A stretch of 62,925 nucleotides of DNA, counting the filler, from Reclinomonas americana ATCC 50394 (lineage: Eukaryota), in assembly GCA_048213135.1 (NCBI GenBank). It is 4 parts of 3 records of this genome, joined end to end, with 100 filler letters (N's around TTAATTAATTAA, not from the genome) between each part and the next. Parts side by side here need not be neighbours in the genome. Positions count along the whole stretch, not along the records: positions 29,841 to 58,840 come from PS015135.1; 3 more parts are not named here. One strand, 5' to 3'. A program made the translations under genes and the position numbers. The stretch's first letter is position 1. Every line of letters begins with the position of its first letter. Positions 37,401 through 49,968 of this stretch are shown piece after piece. Below the pieces are notes generated by a model that saw nothing but the letters and a program-made list of their open reading frames with translations, was not told the DNA's origin and searched no databases.

Positions 37401-39748
37401 GTCCACGAAATCTGGGTTGTCTCACTGCGCGTCGCGTGCAGCTGACGGCGGAGACCAAGAGCCTTGTAGTCAAGCTCGAATCGCAGGTCACTGACTCGGT
37501 GTCGGAGACGGTGGAGCATCGAGTTTCGTACGCAAAGTGCGGTCGTGATTGCTGATCTCGCAGGAGATTTATTGGGCTCGCGCGAACTACAGGTGGCAGC
37601 CGTCGTTGGCGACAGCATGATTCAGGTGCACCGAAAGCTCGCCGCCGAGTTGCACACGCAGTTGATGGAGGCAGTGCAGGAGACACACAGCGAGATTCAT
37701 GCCGTGCGTGAGGAGGTGCAGGCACTTGCCACACGATTTGACGAGGTGTGTTTCCTTGTTGCACCGGGGTTTGTGCTCGTCGTCGGTCTCATCCCCCGCC
37801 CTCCTTTTGCAGCATCGTGGTCACGCGGACAAGCGCACAACGGAACAAGTCAAGTCAACTCGTGACGATGTGGTGGCTCTGGTGCGACAAGTGGAGAACG
37901 GCCTGCTTGCCACGTGGAAGCGGCAGCGTGATGAACTCGAGCAGCAAATGCGAGCGTGTGAAAAGGTGCGCGTCTCGTCGCCTGCTGCACAGTGTGCCTC
38001 GTCGTCGCTCAATAGCCTGTGTAGTTGGTGGCCGATGGACTGCGGTCATCGGTGGAAGTGGGTACCACGCAGCGTGCAACTGACCGCGAATCGCAGCAGG
38101 AGCTCAAGCAGAATGTGCAGACGCTGCTGTTGGTGCGTTTCCCTTCAGTGTCGGCCTGCAGACTGGTGTCCACCCTCTCAGACTCTCTCTCTCTCTCTGT
38201 CGCAGCGTGTGGGTGAGTTGGAGACACACCACCAGTCAGAACTCGAGGCACAGCGTGAGTTGTGCCAGCAGGCGATTGCCGCCGCCAATGATCGCATTGA
38301 GGGAATTCAGCGAGTTGCGTGCCGGTGACGCAGTTCTGCGTTTGTGGGTGTGTAACACGTGGCATTGCGTGCGACGTGCAGTGGTTGGAATCCACGGTAC
38401 ATCAGCAGGAGGGTGCGCAGTCGGTTGCTGCCGAGAAACTGCGAGAGAATCTGCGGCTGCAGCGCACGCAGTTGGAGGCAGTGAGTGGCTGCGTGTTCTA
38501 TCCCATTGTCATTGTTCTTGGCGCCGGTTAACGGTCGAATTCGTGCGTACACAGCGCGTGGATGCAGCACTGGCCGAGCTCCGTGGCGAGTCGGCTGCTG
38601 AACTGGAATCCGTACACCGTCGATTGCGCGAGACCGACAGTGGCTCCGAGGTACGGCGATGCAAAGGGTGATTTTGTTGACGTTGTTTGTGACCACGCGT
38701 CACATGTAGGATGTTCACCGGCGACTTGCTGTGCTCGAGGGAGTGCTTCAGCCGTTCCCCGACGACAGTTTGGCTAAGCGACTGGCAGCTGCCGAGGTGT
38801 GTTGCACCGTCTCGCTCCCTTTTTTGCGCTCGGTCTCTCACTCGGCACTGTTGTTGTATCGTCGTCGTCGTCGGTGCACAGGCCTTGAAGGCGCGATTGA
38901 CAGACGTCGAGTCGTCAACGCACCAAACTGTGGATGCACATCACCGGGAGGTGATGCAGCAGGTGGGCGCCGTGGACGAGCGAGTCAATGCGCTGGTGCA
39001 ATCACTGGCCTCGGTCTGTCCGTGACTACTTTTCTCGCGGTCGCAACTGGCTATCTCACTGTCGCCTCCACAGCACGACCTTCCGCGCATCCATCGCTCC
39101 GTGACTGTGCTGACTGAGGTGACCGACTCGCTAAAGGCGCAAACCGAGTCGTTGGCGCAAGAGGTGAGTGACAGTTGCCGAAGATGCAACGGATGGCTCC
39201 TATTCGCTCACACGTGCATTCATGGCAAGCAGTCGGCCGCCAGCAAACGGACGCTGTCTGGCATCGCCTCGCAGCTGGCTGCTTCATCAGAGCGACTCAC
39301 GGCATTGGAGGAGTCACCGCGTCTCGAGGTCACATGTGTTCCATTGCCAGTTGAAGAATCGCTTTGTGTCCTCAACAATGTGCGTGCTTCATGCAGGCTC
39401 TTCGTACATCCACTGAGAGTCGCTTGGCCGCACTGCAAGCGTCGAGCGAGCGGCACGAAGCTGGACTTGCTGTTGCGTGCTTTTTGCCAGTGACGTTTGC
39501 TCTTGTGTGTCACAGTTGCTGAGTGGTGAAACAGGAATACGAAGAGCATCTGGCGGCGCTGGAGACGCAAGTGGAGCATGTTTCGCAGGCATGTGGCGCA
39601 CAGGTTGTGTGATCCTGATGCACTAATTGGGTGACTGACATGCGCGTGGCGCCTACTGCAGTCCATGGACGAGCTGTCGAACTGGGTCGCCGATCAGGTC
39701 ATTAGGAGGCCATTGCTCCTGTTGTTGCCTTCCTTCTTTGCTCACGCT

Positions 39749-39779
<31 letters not shown>

Positions 39780-42700
39780 CGCAGCCGCGAGTGACGCCGA
39801 CCAAGCAGCGCGGGGCCAGTGCATCCGGCACGAGTGCGGTACGTGTGTACTTGGTGCAAGCAGCGGCCCTTGCTGGTTGCTCATTCATCTTCTGCCTATC
39901 AGGGACGTGCCGTGGCTGTCGACAGTCCGGTGCGTGTCACGCACGTCGCTCGTATTCGCTGTCCGCTGACCAGAGTGTTTGTTTGCAGAAATCGCAGAGT
40001 GCGACATTCACGTTGCCGACGGAGAGTTCTGGTCGCGGGCCGGAAGCGACAATGGCGGCCTCAGGCAGCGGGGAGGAAGAGTTGTGCGTGAGTCCACCAG
40101 CCGATGCGGAGCAAGGCGCGTCAACGGGCCCGCCAACGCTCTGGTCTCTCGTACACTCCACCGTGCACGAGTCGAACGACGAACTGGAACGCCGGTTGCA
40201 AGCACAGCTGGCTGTATCACGAGCGCAGATTGAGTCGGTGAGTTGGAACCGTCAAATCAGTCTGAGAGTGCGTACTTGTGCGTGTGGATGCATGTTTGAC
40301 AGTGCATTCGGTGCCGCAGGTTGTGCGCCGTCAGGTTCGCGAGGCTGTCGCCGAGTCAACAGCCGGCACTGAGCAGGCCAAGGCGCAGATGCAAGCACAG
40401 TTGTCTGTGTCACGTGCGCAGATTGAGACGGTGCGCGCTCCATTGACGCACAGACTGCTACTCTTGTTGACCATGGCACGCCATGCTTACTTGCGGCAAC
40501 GTAGGTTGTCCGCCGCTATCTCCGAGAGCTGTCCGAGTCGAGCAATGCCGCCGCGGATGCATCGAGCGAGTCCATGCTCGCCAATGTGCAAGCTCAACTG
40601 GCGGTCACCCGTGCGCAAATCGAGGAGGTGTGTGAACAAAAGAGTTGTGACACGCGCGCGCGCTTATCTTGTTCGTGGCAGCTGACCCTCTCTTACATCA
40701 CAGGCTGCGCAACGACATCTCGACAAGTCTCTGAGCGAAACTGCTGCTGCTGCGGTGGCTAGTGCGTTGCAAAACATGCAGGCGCAGTTGGCCGTGTCGC
40801 GCGGTCAGATTGAAGCGGTGAGTGGATTGAGGCTCCACCCCGCACTGCATGTGTCGGTGTGTGGCTGGCTGACACACTTGACTCAGGTGGTGAGCCGACA
40901 AGTGCAAAACTTGCTCGCCGAATCCAGCCAGGCCACAGCTGCCGAGGCAGCACGGCAGCTGCAAGCGCAGCTGTCGGTGTCTCGTGCGCAGATTGAAATG
41001 GTGACATGACATGAGTGCGACTGACACGCGGTGAGCTCGTGCTGACAGAGGGGGTGATGGCGCGCAGGTCGCGGAAAGACAGTTGAAGTGCGCAATGGAC
41101 GACGTGAAACGGTCGATAGCCGAGCAACAAGCGCAACTGTCGGTAACACGCGCCCAGATGGAAACTGTGTTTGAGCGGCGTATGAAGCAGATGGCGGAGG
41201 AGACGCAGCGACCGACGGCTGAACTGCAAGCCCAGTTGTCGGTGACTCGAGCACAGATGGAAACCGTATTTGAGCGGCGTATGAAGCAGATGGCGGAGGA
41301 GACGCAGCGGCCGACGGCAGAATTGCAAGCCCAGTTGTCGGTGACGCGCGCCCAGATGGAAACTGTGTTTGAGCGGCGTATGAAGCAGATGGCCGAGGAG
41401 ATGCAGCGACCGATGATGGAACAGCAGGCGCAATTGTCAGTGACTCGAGCACAGATGGAAACCGTATTTGACCGGCGCCTGAAGGAGGTGGCGGAGGAGA
41501 CGCAGCGACCGACGGCTGAACTGCAAGCCCAGTTGTCAGTGACTCGTGCGCAAATGGAAACTGTGTTTGAGCGGCGCCTGAAGCAGATGACAGAGGAGAT
41601 ACAGCGACCGATGATGGAACAGCAGGCGCAATTGTCAGTGACTCGTGCGCAAATGGAGGTGGTGCGTATCTTAGTGTTGATTTTTGGAGGCGTGAATGGC
41701 AAGTGGAGTGACGCACACTTGCGCACACAGGTCTTCGAACGACGCCTCCAGNNNNNNNNNNNNNNNNNNNNNNNNNNNNNNNNNNNNNNNNNNNNNNNNN
41801 NNNNNNNNNNNNNNNNNNNNNNNNNNNNNNNNNNNNNNNNNNNNNNNNNNNNNNNNNNNNNNNNNNNNNNNNNNNNNNNNNNNNNNNNNNNNNNNNNNNN
41901 NNNNNNNNNNNNNNNNNNNNNNNNNNNNNNNNNNNNNNNNNNNNNNNNNNNNNNNNNNNNNNNNNNNNNNNNNNNNNNNNNNNNNNNNNNNNNNNNNNNN
42001 NNNNNNNNNNNNNGTCTTCGCCCTGCCGCTCAGCAATCACCTCTTCCAACTCTGCGCGCGTCTCGGCCATGGTAGCGGCCACTTCACTCTTGACATTTGC
42101 AATCGCACCCGTCAACCGCTTTCCAAACACCTGACGGCATGTGAGAGCGAGCAGGGGGTGTGAGCGAGCTGGAATGCACTCACCGTTTCTATTTGCGCGC
42201 GGGCAACAGACAATTGCCCTTGCGTTTCTCTCGAGGCCTCGGAGGCAGCAACACGCGCTGCCTCCTCAACAGCCGCCTGCTGCGACTCTAGCGCAGANNN
42301 NNNNNNNNNNNNNNNNNNNNNNNNNNNNNNNNNNNNNNNNNNNNNNNNNNNNNNNNNNNNNNNNNNNNNNNNNNNNNNNNNNNNNNNNNTCGGCGACACT
42401 GGCGCAGAATCAGTTTGAGGATTTGCATCTCGGTGAGCCCTCTCCTCCGTCTTGCTCCTCGTCTCTGCGATGCACGACTGACCACCCATGCATGATTGCC
42501 GCAGAGCTGAACGGCTTCCGCACCAAGGTAGACGACGCGCTGTCGGCTATGCTGAAGCATCTGGAGGTGCGCCTCTTCATGTTGATTGTTTGTGACACGG
42601 CATGCGTGCTCACTCTCTGTGTCGTCCACAGAACAAGTGCCTGGCGACTGAGGAGCAGCTCAATGTACAGGAGGCGCGGTTTGAGGCCCTGGAGCAGGGC

Positions 42701-43979
42701 ATCACGAGCAGCGCTGGTGAACAAATACGCGTATTCGGAATGCTGGAGAAGCGTCTGATGGAGCTCGACGAGCGAGTTGTGGGTCTCGAGTTATCGCAGG
42801 ATGGCGTTGCGTTTATGGACCTCTCTTCTCTCACACCACGTCTAGCCACTTATCTACTCATCGCACACACACACGCAGCAGCTGTCCCTGTCGGACTCGA
42901 CAATCATGCCGGCCGACTCAGTTTCGTGTGGAGACTGCTGCGTTCTCTCGTGCATGTCCTTGCTGCGACTGACACACTCCGGTTGATTGTAGCTCTCCAC
43001 ACTTCGTCACGATGTAGAGGATCTGCGACAGCTTATCCTGGAAGTCTCAAGGTCGGTGTACGTGCTCTGTTCGCCTGCACTGCTGATGTGCCCTCTGACT
43101 GAATCGATGTGTGTGTGTGTGTGCCGCAGAGCGGTGCCGAGTGAGCGGTCGTCGCCAGTATCGTTGTGCGTCGTCTTGCCTGCGCCACGTCGCTCTGCAC
43201 ATGAAAACTGACTCTGTTTTTTGCGTAAGCAGCCGCGAGTCTGCGACACTGGAACCGGTGCTGCGTCGGTGAGTTCGAAGAGAGAGAGAGAGGAAGGGAG
43301 AGGGGAAAGCAATTGATTTCTCACTTGCATGTTTTTTGTGCAGAATCGAAACCACCATGACCATGGTACAACGGTAAGCTGCCGTGATCATGCATGCACA
43401 AAAAGCGTTCGCTTCCTCAATTCCATAATGCTTTTTTGTCTCTCACCCAGCTCGGAAACCGCGCTCGCCGCCATGGGCGACCATGTGGCCCGCCTCACGC
43501 AACGCCTGCAAGTGCTCGAGCGCAGCAACGGCGGCCAGTCGCCCGTCAGTCCATCCGGCAACAGTTCTCCACACTCAACCACCATGCGCGACTCTCGCGT
43601 CCTCGACGACATGCGCCGCCGCATCGGCGAAGTCGAAGCACTCGCCGACCAAGTCGCCTCGTTGGACGACCGCGTCGCCGACGTCGAAAAGTCGCTCGTT
43701 CGCTCGCTCATTCTCCGCACCAACTCGCCTGCGCCCTCGTCCATGAGCGCCTCGGTGCCAGTGGGCGAGTTCAGCCCAATCCGCGCGCTCTCGCCCTCAC
43801 CGCAAACCGTGCAGCTCGCCTCCGACGTCTCCTCCATCACTCCCACGCATGGTGGCAGTGTGCTGCGGTCGTCCAAGCCCACGCAATCGCACTCGCCACC
43901 AGTGACAACCGCAGCTGCAGGTGCAGCAGGCAATGGAAAGAGTCGCGCAAGACCAACGCGACGTTTCGAGTCGCAGTGA
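32033..43979 (+). CDS. Very large multi-exon coiled-coil protein of unknown function with a QAQLSV(S/T)RAQ(I/M)E repeat region
   Basis: Roughly 40 short exons with GT-AG introns splice into one E/Q/A/L/R-rich frame; S/P-rich N- and C-termini; stop at 43979. The region is gapped, and contigs 33188-33847 and 42014-42297 carry similar exons on the minus strand. A single gene across the gaps is inferred. Confidence 0.7.
41128..41661 (+). repeat. Coding tandem repeat, 99 bp / 33 aa (QAQLSVTRAQMETVFERRMKQMAEETQRPTAEL)
   Basis: QLSVTRAQME units start at 41134, 41233, 41332, 41431, 41530 and 41629. Confidence 0.95.
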
Positions 43980-44038
43980 ACAATGTGAGACGAGTTGTCC
44001 TTCATCTTTGTGGACGGACGGAGTGTGAGAGAGACGGA

Positions 44039-44293
44039 ATGAAGGTTCTTGTGTGTGGCGATGTGAACGGGCGCGCCACGGAGCTGTTCAAGCGCGTGGA
44101 GAGTGTCAATAAGCAGCATGGACCTTTTGATTGTCTGCTGTGTGTCGGCAACTTTATGTGTGCGCCCAGTGGGGAGGGCGATGATGCACCTCCCAATGTG
44201 CCAGACGGTGAGGGAGAGAGAGAGAACAGAAAGAGAGAGCGAGAGAGAGAGAGAGAGAGAGAGTGAGAGCAGACAGACAGACTCATATACACG

Positions 44294-44324
<31 letters not shown>

Positions 44325-46715
44325 TCCATCATGCATCGTGTGCCTCTTATTTGCATGCATTGTCGTCTTGTCTTGCAGCGCCCATTCCGACATACTTTGT
44401 TGACGATGGAGGCTCGAGCAAGTACCTGGCAAACTTTCCGGATGGCGCCGAGGTGGCCACGCAAGTGCACTTTTTGGGTGCGTCTGTTGCTTGCGAGAAG
44501 ACAACTTTCCCCATTGTCTTGCCGACTGCATTGTGTGTGTTCTGCAGGTCGTTGTGGTGTGCGCGACTTGCACGGTCTGCGAGTGGCGTATCTGAGTGGA
44601 CGCTTCGACTCGCTGTCGTTCCGGTCGACCGAGACCAAGGTGAGGAGAGGCGTGTTGATGCAGGGAGATTGAGTGCCCATCTCTGAATGTTTGGCGACGA
44701 CGTGCAGTACACGGGCAAGTACAACGAGACCGATGTGCGAACGCTGCTAGCGCAGCACATGGCCGATCAGCGTGTGGACATTCTGTTGACTGCCGAGTTC
44801 CCGCGGCATTTGTTCTCCAACGTGCCGTTGCGTGCTGTGCGATGGCGTACCTCTTATTTGCCGCGCTGCGCGCGTGCTCATCGCTGCTGCCTTTCATGCT
44901 CGTCCAGGGTGGAACTGTTGCCGACTCCGCACGCCGAGCACTGGCGCACCAGTGGCTCGCCGGCGGTGCTCGAGATGGTCACGACTCTGATGCCGCGGTA
45001 CCACTTTAGCAGCGTCGAGCGGCTGTGGTATCAGCGGCCGCCGTATCGCAACAATATGGTGGGCCAGGCGCCGCAGCCGGTCACGCGTGCGATGTCGTTG
45101 GCACATATTGGAGTGGAGGACAAGAAGCAAAAGGTGCGCTACATGTGCGCTCGCTTGTCCCTTCATCCTGCTTATCATTCCTCCACAGCACCTGTACGCC
45201 CTCCAGACGACTCCGGCGCGTGAAATGGACATTGCTACGCTGGTGCAAGTGCCGCCGGGGTGCACCGACAATCCGTTCAATCCGGCGCTCCTGGACGACT
45301 CGGAGCCGGCGTTGAAGCGACAGCGCGTGGACGCTGATGGGCGGGCAATCAGTTGCGTGTTGCTGGAGAGAGAAACAGCGTGTGAGGCATGGCTGACATG
45401 AGTTGCTTCGCTGGGCAGACGCCGGTCGTTTCGATCACTTGAAGGACACCAATCCGAAGCAATTCTTCTTCAATCTCAATGAGCGCGGACGAGGTTGGTT
45501 GTTGTTATTGTTGTCGCCTCCACAATGTGCGTTCTTGCAGTTGTTAACAGTTCTGCCTACTAAAGGCCGCGGTGGCCGAGGTGGACGCGGTCGCGGCGGT
45601 GGGCGAGGTGGAGGCGATGGCTTTGGTGGACATGGCGGCGGTGGCGGTTCGCTGCTGCCTGCACCATCGGGTGGTCCGCCTGCCAACCGTGCGTTCAATC
45701 AAGTTGTGGGCTCTGTCTCTCTCTTTCGCTTATTTGCTCTGCTCGTATAGAGCGCACCAATTGCTGGTTCTGTCTCGCCAGCCCCGACGTGGAGAAGCAC
45801 ATGATTGTCAACATTGGCAACGACGCCTACTTGGCGCTGGCCAAGGTGCGTGTTTTTGTGTGCAAGCCGCTGCGATGAGATTTAACAATGACAACTCATT
45901 CGCGATGCAGGGCCCCTGTGTCAAGGACCACCTGCTGATCCTGCCAATTCAACACGAATCGTGCTACTCGATGGTGTCGCCGGCCGCCGCTGACGAGATT
46001 GAGAAATATCCTTTTCTGTGCCCTTTCCGCCCTGCTGTTTTCTTTGTGTTCGTCTGTGGTCTTTGACTCTTCCCGACTGTGCTTCACGTTCAAGCAGGCC
46101 CTGAAGGCCATGTACGCCAAGCAGAACAAGGCCTGCGTGTTCTTCGAACGGCACTCGTTCACACGCGGTCAGCAACACGCGCACATCCAGGTGATTCCCA
46201 TGATCTCGTCGCTCATGTCGGTGGTGCGTGGAGCCTTCCTGTCGGCCGGTTCGGAGCGGGGCATCACGTTTGTCGACCTGCCGGAGGGAGAGCCGACGCA
46301 GCAGGCCTTGCGAGATGCGGTGCGTGTCCGCAAAAAGTGCAGTCGAATTGAGGAAAGGGGTGCTCAGCTCACGTGAACCGCAGGGCTGCGACGCTGATGC
46401 GCTGTACTTTTATGTGGAGCTGTCGACGGGGGGCCGCATGGTGCACGTCAGTTGCGTCCTCGTGGTGATGAGGCACGGCAAGTGATCGAGGGCGTGTCGC
46501 TCATCCGGGGTTTTCGCTGTGCAGTACCGCCGGGCACGCGACATCCCATGGAATTCGGTCGCGAAGTAATCTGCAATCTGATGGGCCTCCCCGAGAAGGC
46601 ACGCTGGAAGGATGTGCAGCTGACCAAGGACGAGGAGACCAAGCTGACGGAGCAGGCCAGAACGGCGTTTGCGCCGTTTGATTTCACCGAGGAGGAGGAG
46701 GATGAGGATGAATAG
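44039..46715 (+). CDS. CWF19L1: CWF19-like protein 1 (Drn1/CwfJ family, debranching-enzyme associated)
   Basis: [11 protein letters not shown]...[47 protein letters not shown]; CwfJ C-terminal part [30 protein letters not shown]...HLLILPIQH...VFFER...HAHIQVIP...FGREVI. Confidence 0.93.
46006..46087 (+). other. U12-type (minor spliceosome) AT-AC intron in CWF19L1
   Basis: 5' end ATATCCTTT, branch-like TCTTTGAC, 3' end TTCAC. Removal gives in-frame [14 protein letters not shown]. Confidence 0.9.
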
Positions 46716-46893
46716 AGCGAGGGAAGGAGACAACGGGTGGGGAGGATGAGAGCAAATAAGACGGCAAGAGATATCTGGCACAATATCCACAGCTCCTCTA
46801 CAGCGCATGTCTTCCTACACGTGACGGTCTATACTTATCATACTGCAATCGGGGGGGGAGGCCGATCGCGCGCAATCTCCCAATCATTGCCAC

Positions 46894-47464
46894 TCAGACA
46901 ACCTTCGGAGGTCGTCGCAAGACACGCGCAAGAATCGGCACCACAATCAGGGTCAACGGAGCACGCACTGGCAGCGTCGCCTTGTGCACCACATACGCCA
47001 CAAGGAACGTCGATGCCCCTTCGCCGAGACTGCCCAGATCCACTCCCATGGATCGCATCATTCCTGCCTCGTCATCGATGAGCGAATGGCTGTGAGTGAG
47101 AGTGTGTGCGAGAGAGAGAGAAGAGGACAGACCTGGCAAGTCGAGGCCCAGACGCACTGCCTGTGCGTGCATGCGCAGTGAGACAACGAGTGGCATGAGC
47201 CACAGGGAGATTGATTCACTCAACTGTGTAGCATATTCCCAGTGACATGAGCGCCAGTGTGATGTGCGTGCCGACAGCTAGTGCGCCGTAGGTGGCGACT
47301 AGCTTTGCCATCTTTCCCTTGCGATCGGTGGTATCGGCCTGAGGAGGAGGAGGAGGAGGAGGCTGCGACGTTGTGAAGCGACGGATGGTGGACGGGAATA
47401 GTGATGGTGATGTGGGGGTAATGCGCTGCTGCAGAGAGCGCAGGCGAGTGACGAGAAGATGCAT
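46894..47464 (-). CDS. FAM210/DUF1279-family, probably mitochondrial, membrane protein
   Basis: Presequence-like MHLLVTRLRSLQQR..., then KLVATYGALAVGTHITLALMSLGICYT|AVRLGLDLP|G...ASTFLVAYVVHKATLPVRAPLTLIVVP. Confidence 0.8.
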
Positions 47465-48013
47465 GGCGATGTCGCGTATGAGATAAGATGAGAGAATGAT
47501 GCGAAGTTGCATGCGGGACAACTGCACTTTCGTTGTTGACCAGTCGCGTCGACACTCGAGACCTCCGCGGCCCATCCGAGGTGCTGGTCAAGCCTTCTTA
47601 CCAGATTACGCACGGCTATTGATAATCTTCCCGACGTCGACGTCGACATCCAATGTACACGTTCAAATTATCTTTTCCACTCTGTCGTCGGTGGTAGTGA
47701 TCGTTGCAACTAGCGCTATATATGTGGCCCCTATGATGTATACATGGCACAAAGGGCGCATGAACAAGAGTGACTTCAGCGTGTCATCGCGTCCCACTCG
47801 GTCTTGCATCACAGCAACGAAAGCTGAAAGCTAACGAAAAGGTGAGAGCGCTCACTGCTTCCGACTGTGTGCGTATTGCATCACCGCTGTCTCTCTCTTT
47901 GCGCATCTGTGCCTGTGTGTGCCACAAACTGCATTTGTGTGTTTCGAGTGGGTGCTGGGGGGCATGTCATGTCTCACTTCTCTCTCTCTCTGTCTTCCTC
48001 TGTGTGCGCAGCC

Positions 48014-48275
48014 ATGACTGATGCATCAGTGGCCAGTGGGAGTGGGAGTGGTGATGCAGCAGCAGCAGCAGCAGTGGTCGCTGAGGCCAGTGATCGCGTG
48101 TACTCTGTTCCGTTGATTGCGGAGGGATCGTGGGTCATTGTCAAGTGGGAAGATGGATCGAACTTGGTCCGCGTGCAGCGTGGAGCGTTGAGTAAAGAGA
48201 GAGAGAGAGAGAGAGGCGAGGGGAAGAGAGGGCAACGAGTGATGAGAGGAAGAATGTGATGGAGAGAAAGAAAGA

Positions 48276-48320
<45 letters not shown>

Positions 48321-49930
48321 NNNNNNNNNNNNNNNNNNNNTTGATTGATCAGCTGGCGCGCTCCTCCTCGACATTTGTCGACAAGACCGATTTCTCCAAG
48401 GAGAAGTACCTGCTGCGAAAGCAGCGCAAGTTGAGTGGGAGCTGGGGAGGAGAGGCTGCATTATATTCCTCGGTATTCACCTGGCTGCCCCCCGTCAGGT
48501 ACGCTCCCATTGTGGAGGCCGCGGAACCCACACCAATGGCCGTGTGCGAGCACTACTTCCAGCGCAAGCCCGAGCGTATCTACCACCTGCGCCCCGACTC
48601 GTTGGCGTACATGCTCCTGCAGGCAAACGTGCACGCGTATCAGAATGCACTGGTGGTCGACGATTGCCTCGGTGTGGTGGCCGTGGCCATGGCCGAGCGT
48701 CTGGGAGGTGGGCTTTTTCGTGTGAAGTCTGTTGGGTTTTGAGTGTGTCTTGCTGATTGTGTGGTGCAGGTTTCGGCCGCCTTATGATGAGCTACTCGGG
48801 CGACAGCCCCTCCACCAACGTGCTGCAGTGCGTGTCCCTGCCGGAGGTTGCACGGGAGAACGTTGTCTTCATGCCGCTGTCGTACTTGGACGACATTCCG
48901 CCGTTGGGTCCGGCTCGTCTCGCCACGCTGCCAATGAAGCGCGACTGGGTGACCAAGAAGCAGCCGACGCCGACTGGTCGCATGCGCTTCATGCCCTCCG
49001 ACATCAGTGCGTGGGCCGCCGATGGTTTTGACTGGTGCGGGAGCTTGCATGAGATTGTTTGTGTACATTATATATTGTGCTGATTATGCAGTGACACAGC
49101 TTGTGTATCGCGGCTCGTACGGACCCGGGCCCGGTGCTCATGAAAGTGCTGCCGTACCTCCGACCGTCGGCAGCATTCGCGATTTACTGCGAAAACATTG
49201 AGGTTTGCCTTCTGCTGGTGATCTCTTTTCTCTTTGTCTTCGCTCCTTACTCACCCACCACTGCTCAGCCACTGGCCGCCCTGTACAAGCTTATTCACGA
49301 CGAGCGACTGGCCATCAAGTTGCAGCTGGTCGAGTTGTGGACGCGCCCCTACCAGGTGCTGCCGAATCGCACACACCCAGAGATGATGATGAACAGCTGC
49401 GGCGGCTACCTGCTCAGCGGCATGCGCGTCTACCGCAACGAGACCGCGAACAGCGCCGAGAGCGGCTGGCAGAGATTGCGTCGACTGGGAATGTTGCGCG
49501 CGCGCGCGCTCTTGTCGTCCTAGCTCGTATATCGCACTGCGCATGAACTCACACACTGTTTCCCCTCTCTCGCGTTGCCTGCAGCAAAATCAAGTGCGTG
49601 GCGCATGGCACTCGATTCGTACCTGTCCTTGCACTTACCCTCTCTTCACCTCACAGGAAAGCACGTCGCCGTGAGCAAGAGGGCGGTCAATACGTGCCAG
49701 CCTCCGGCAACGTGCACGTCAAGCGATCGCTCTCCGAGATGAGTGGCTCCGCAGCAGCAGCAACAGCGGAAGAAGAGGAGGAAGAATACGAGGAGGAAGA
49801 GGAGGAGGAGGCAGAGGGAGGCGACGCAGAGATGACAGGTGCCGATGACACTGGCGCAGAGGCCACAGGTGGCGACGATGACGACGAAGGTGGCAGTGGA
49901 GAACCACCAAGAAAACGAGCGAAGAAGTGA
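48014..49930 (+). CDS. TRM6: tRNA m1A58 methyltransferase non-catalytic subunit (Gcd10/Trm6)
   Basis: SSTFVDKTDFSKEKYLLRKQRK; HLRPDSLAYMLLQANVH; GVVAVAMAERLGG; RPYQVLPNRTHPEMMMNSCGGYLLSG. Includes a probable 9-nt exon at 49585-49593. One internal gap. Confidence 0.93.
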
Positions 49931-49968
49931 ATCAACGAAATTGGTGTTTTTCTATACATCTTGCATGC

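Noticed and set aside
39589-39604. Second GC donor (CAG|gcatgt)
   Set aside because: An in-phase GT donor exists 15 nt downstream, so the call is ambiguous.
41128-41661. CRISPR-like or non-coding repeat array
   Set aside because: The 99-bp period is in frame with mainly synonymous variation, so it is a protein repeat.
42014-42297. Minus-strand copy of the QLSVARAQIET repeat exon
   Set aside because: Gap-bounded small contig carrying the host gene's own repeat; a likely orientation artefact.
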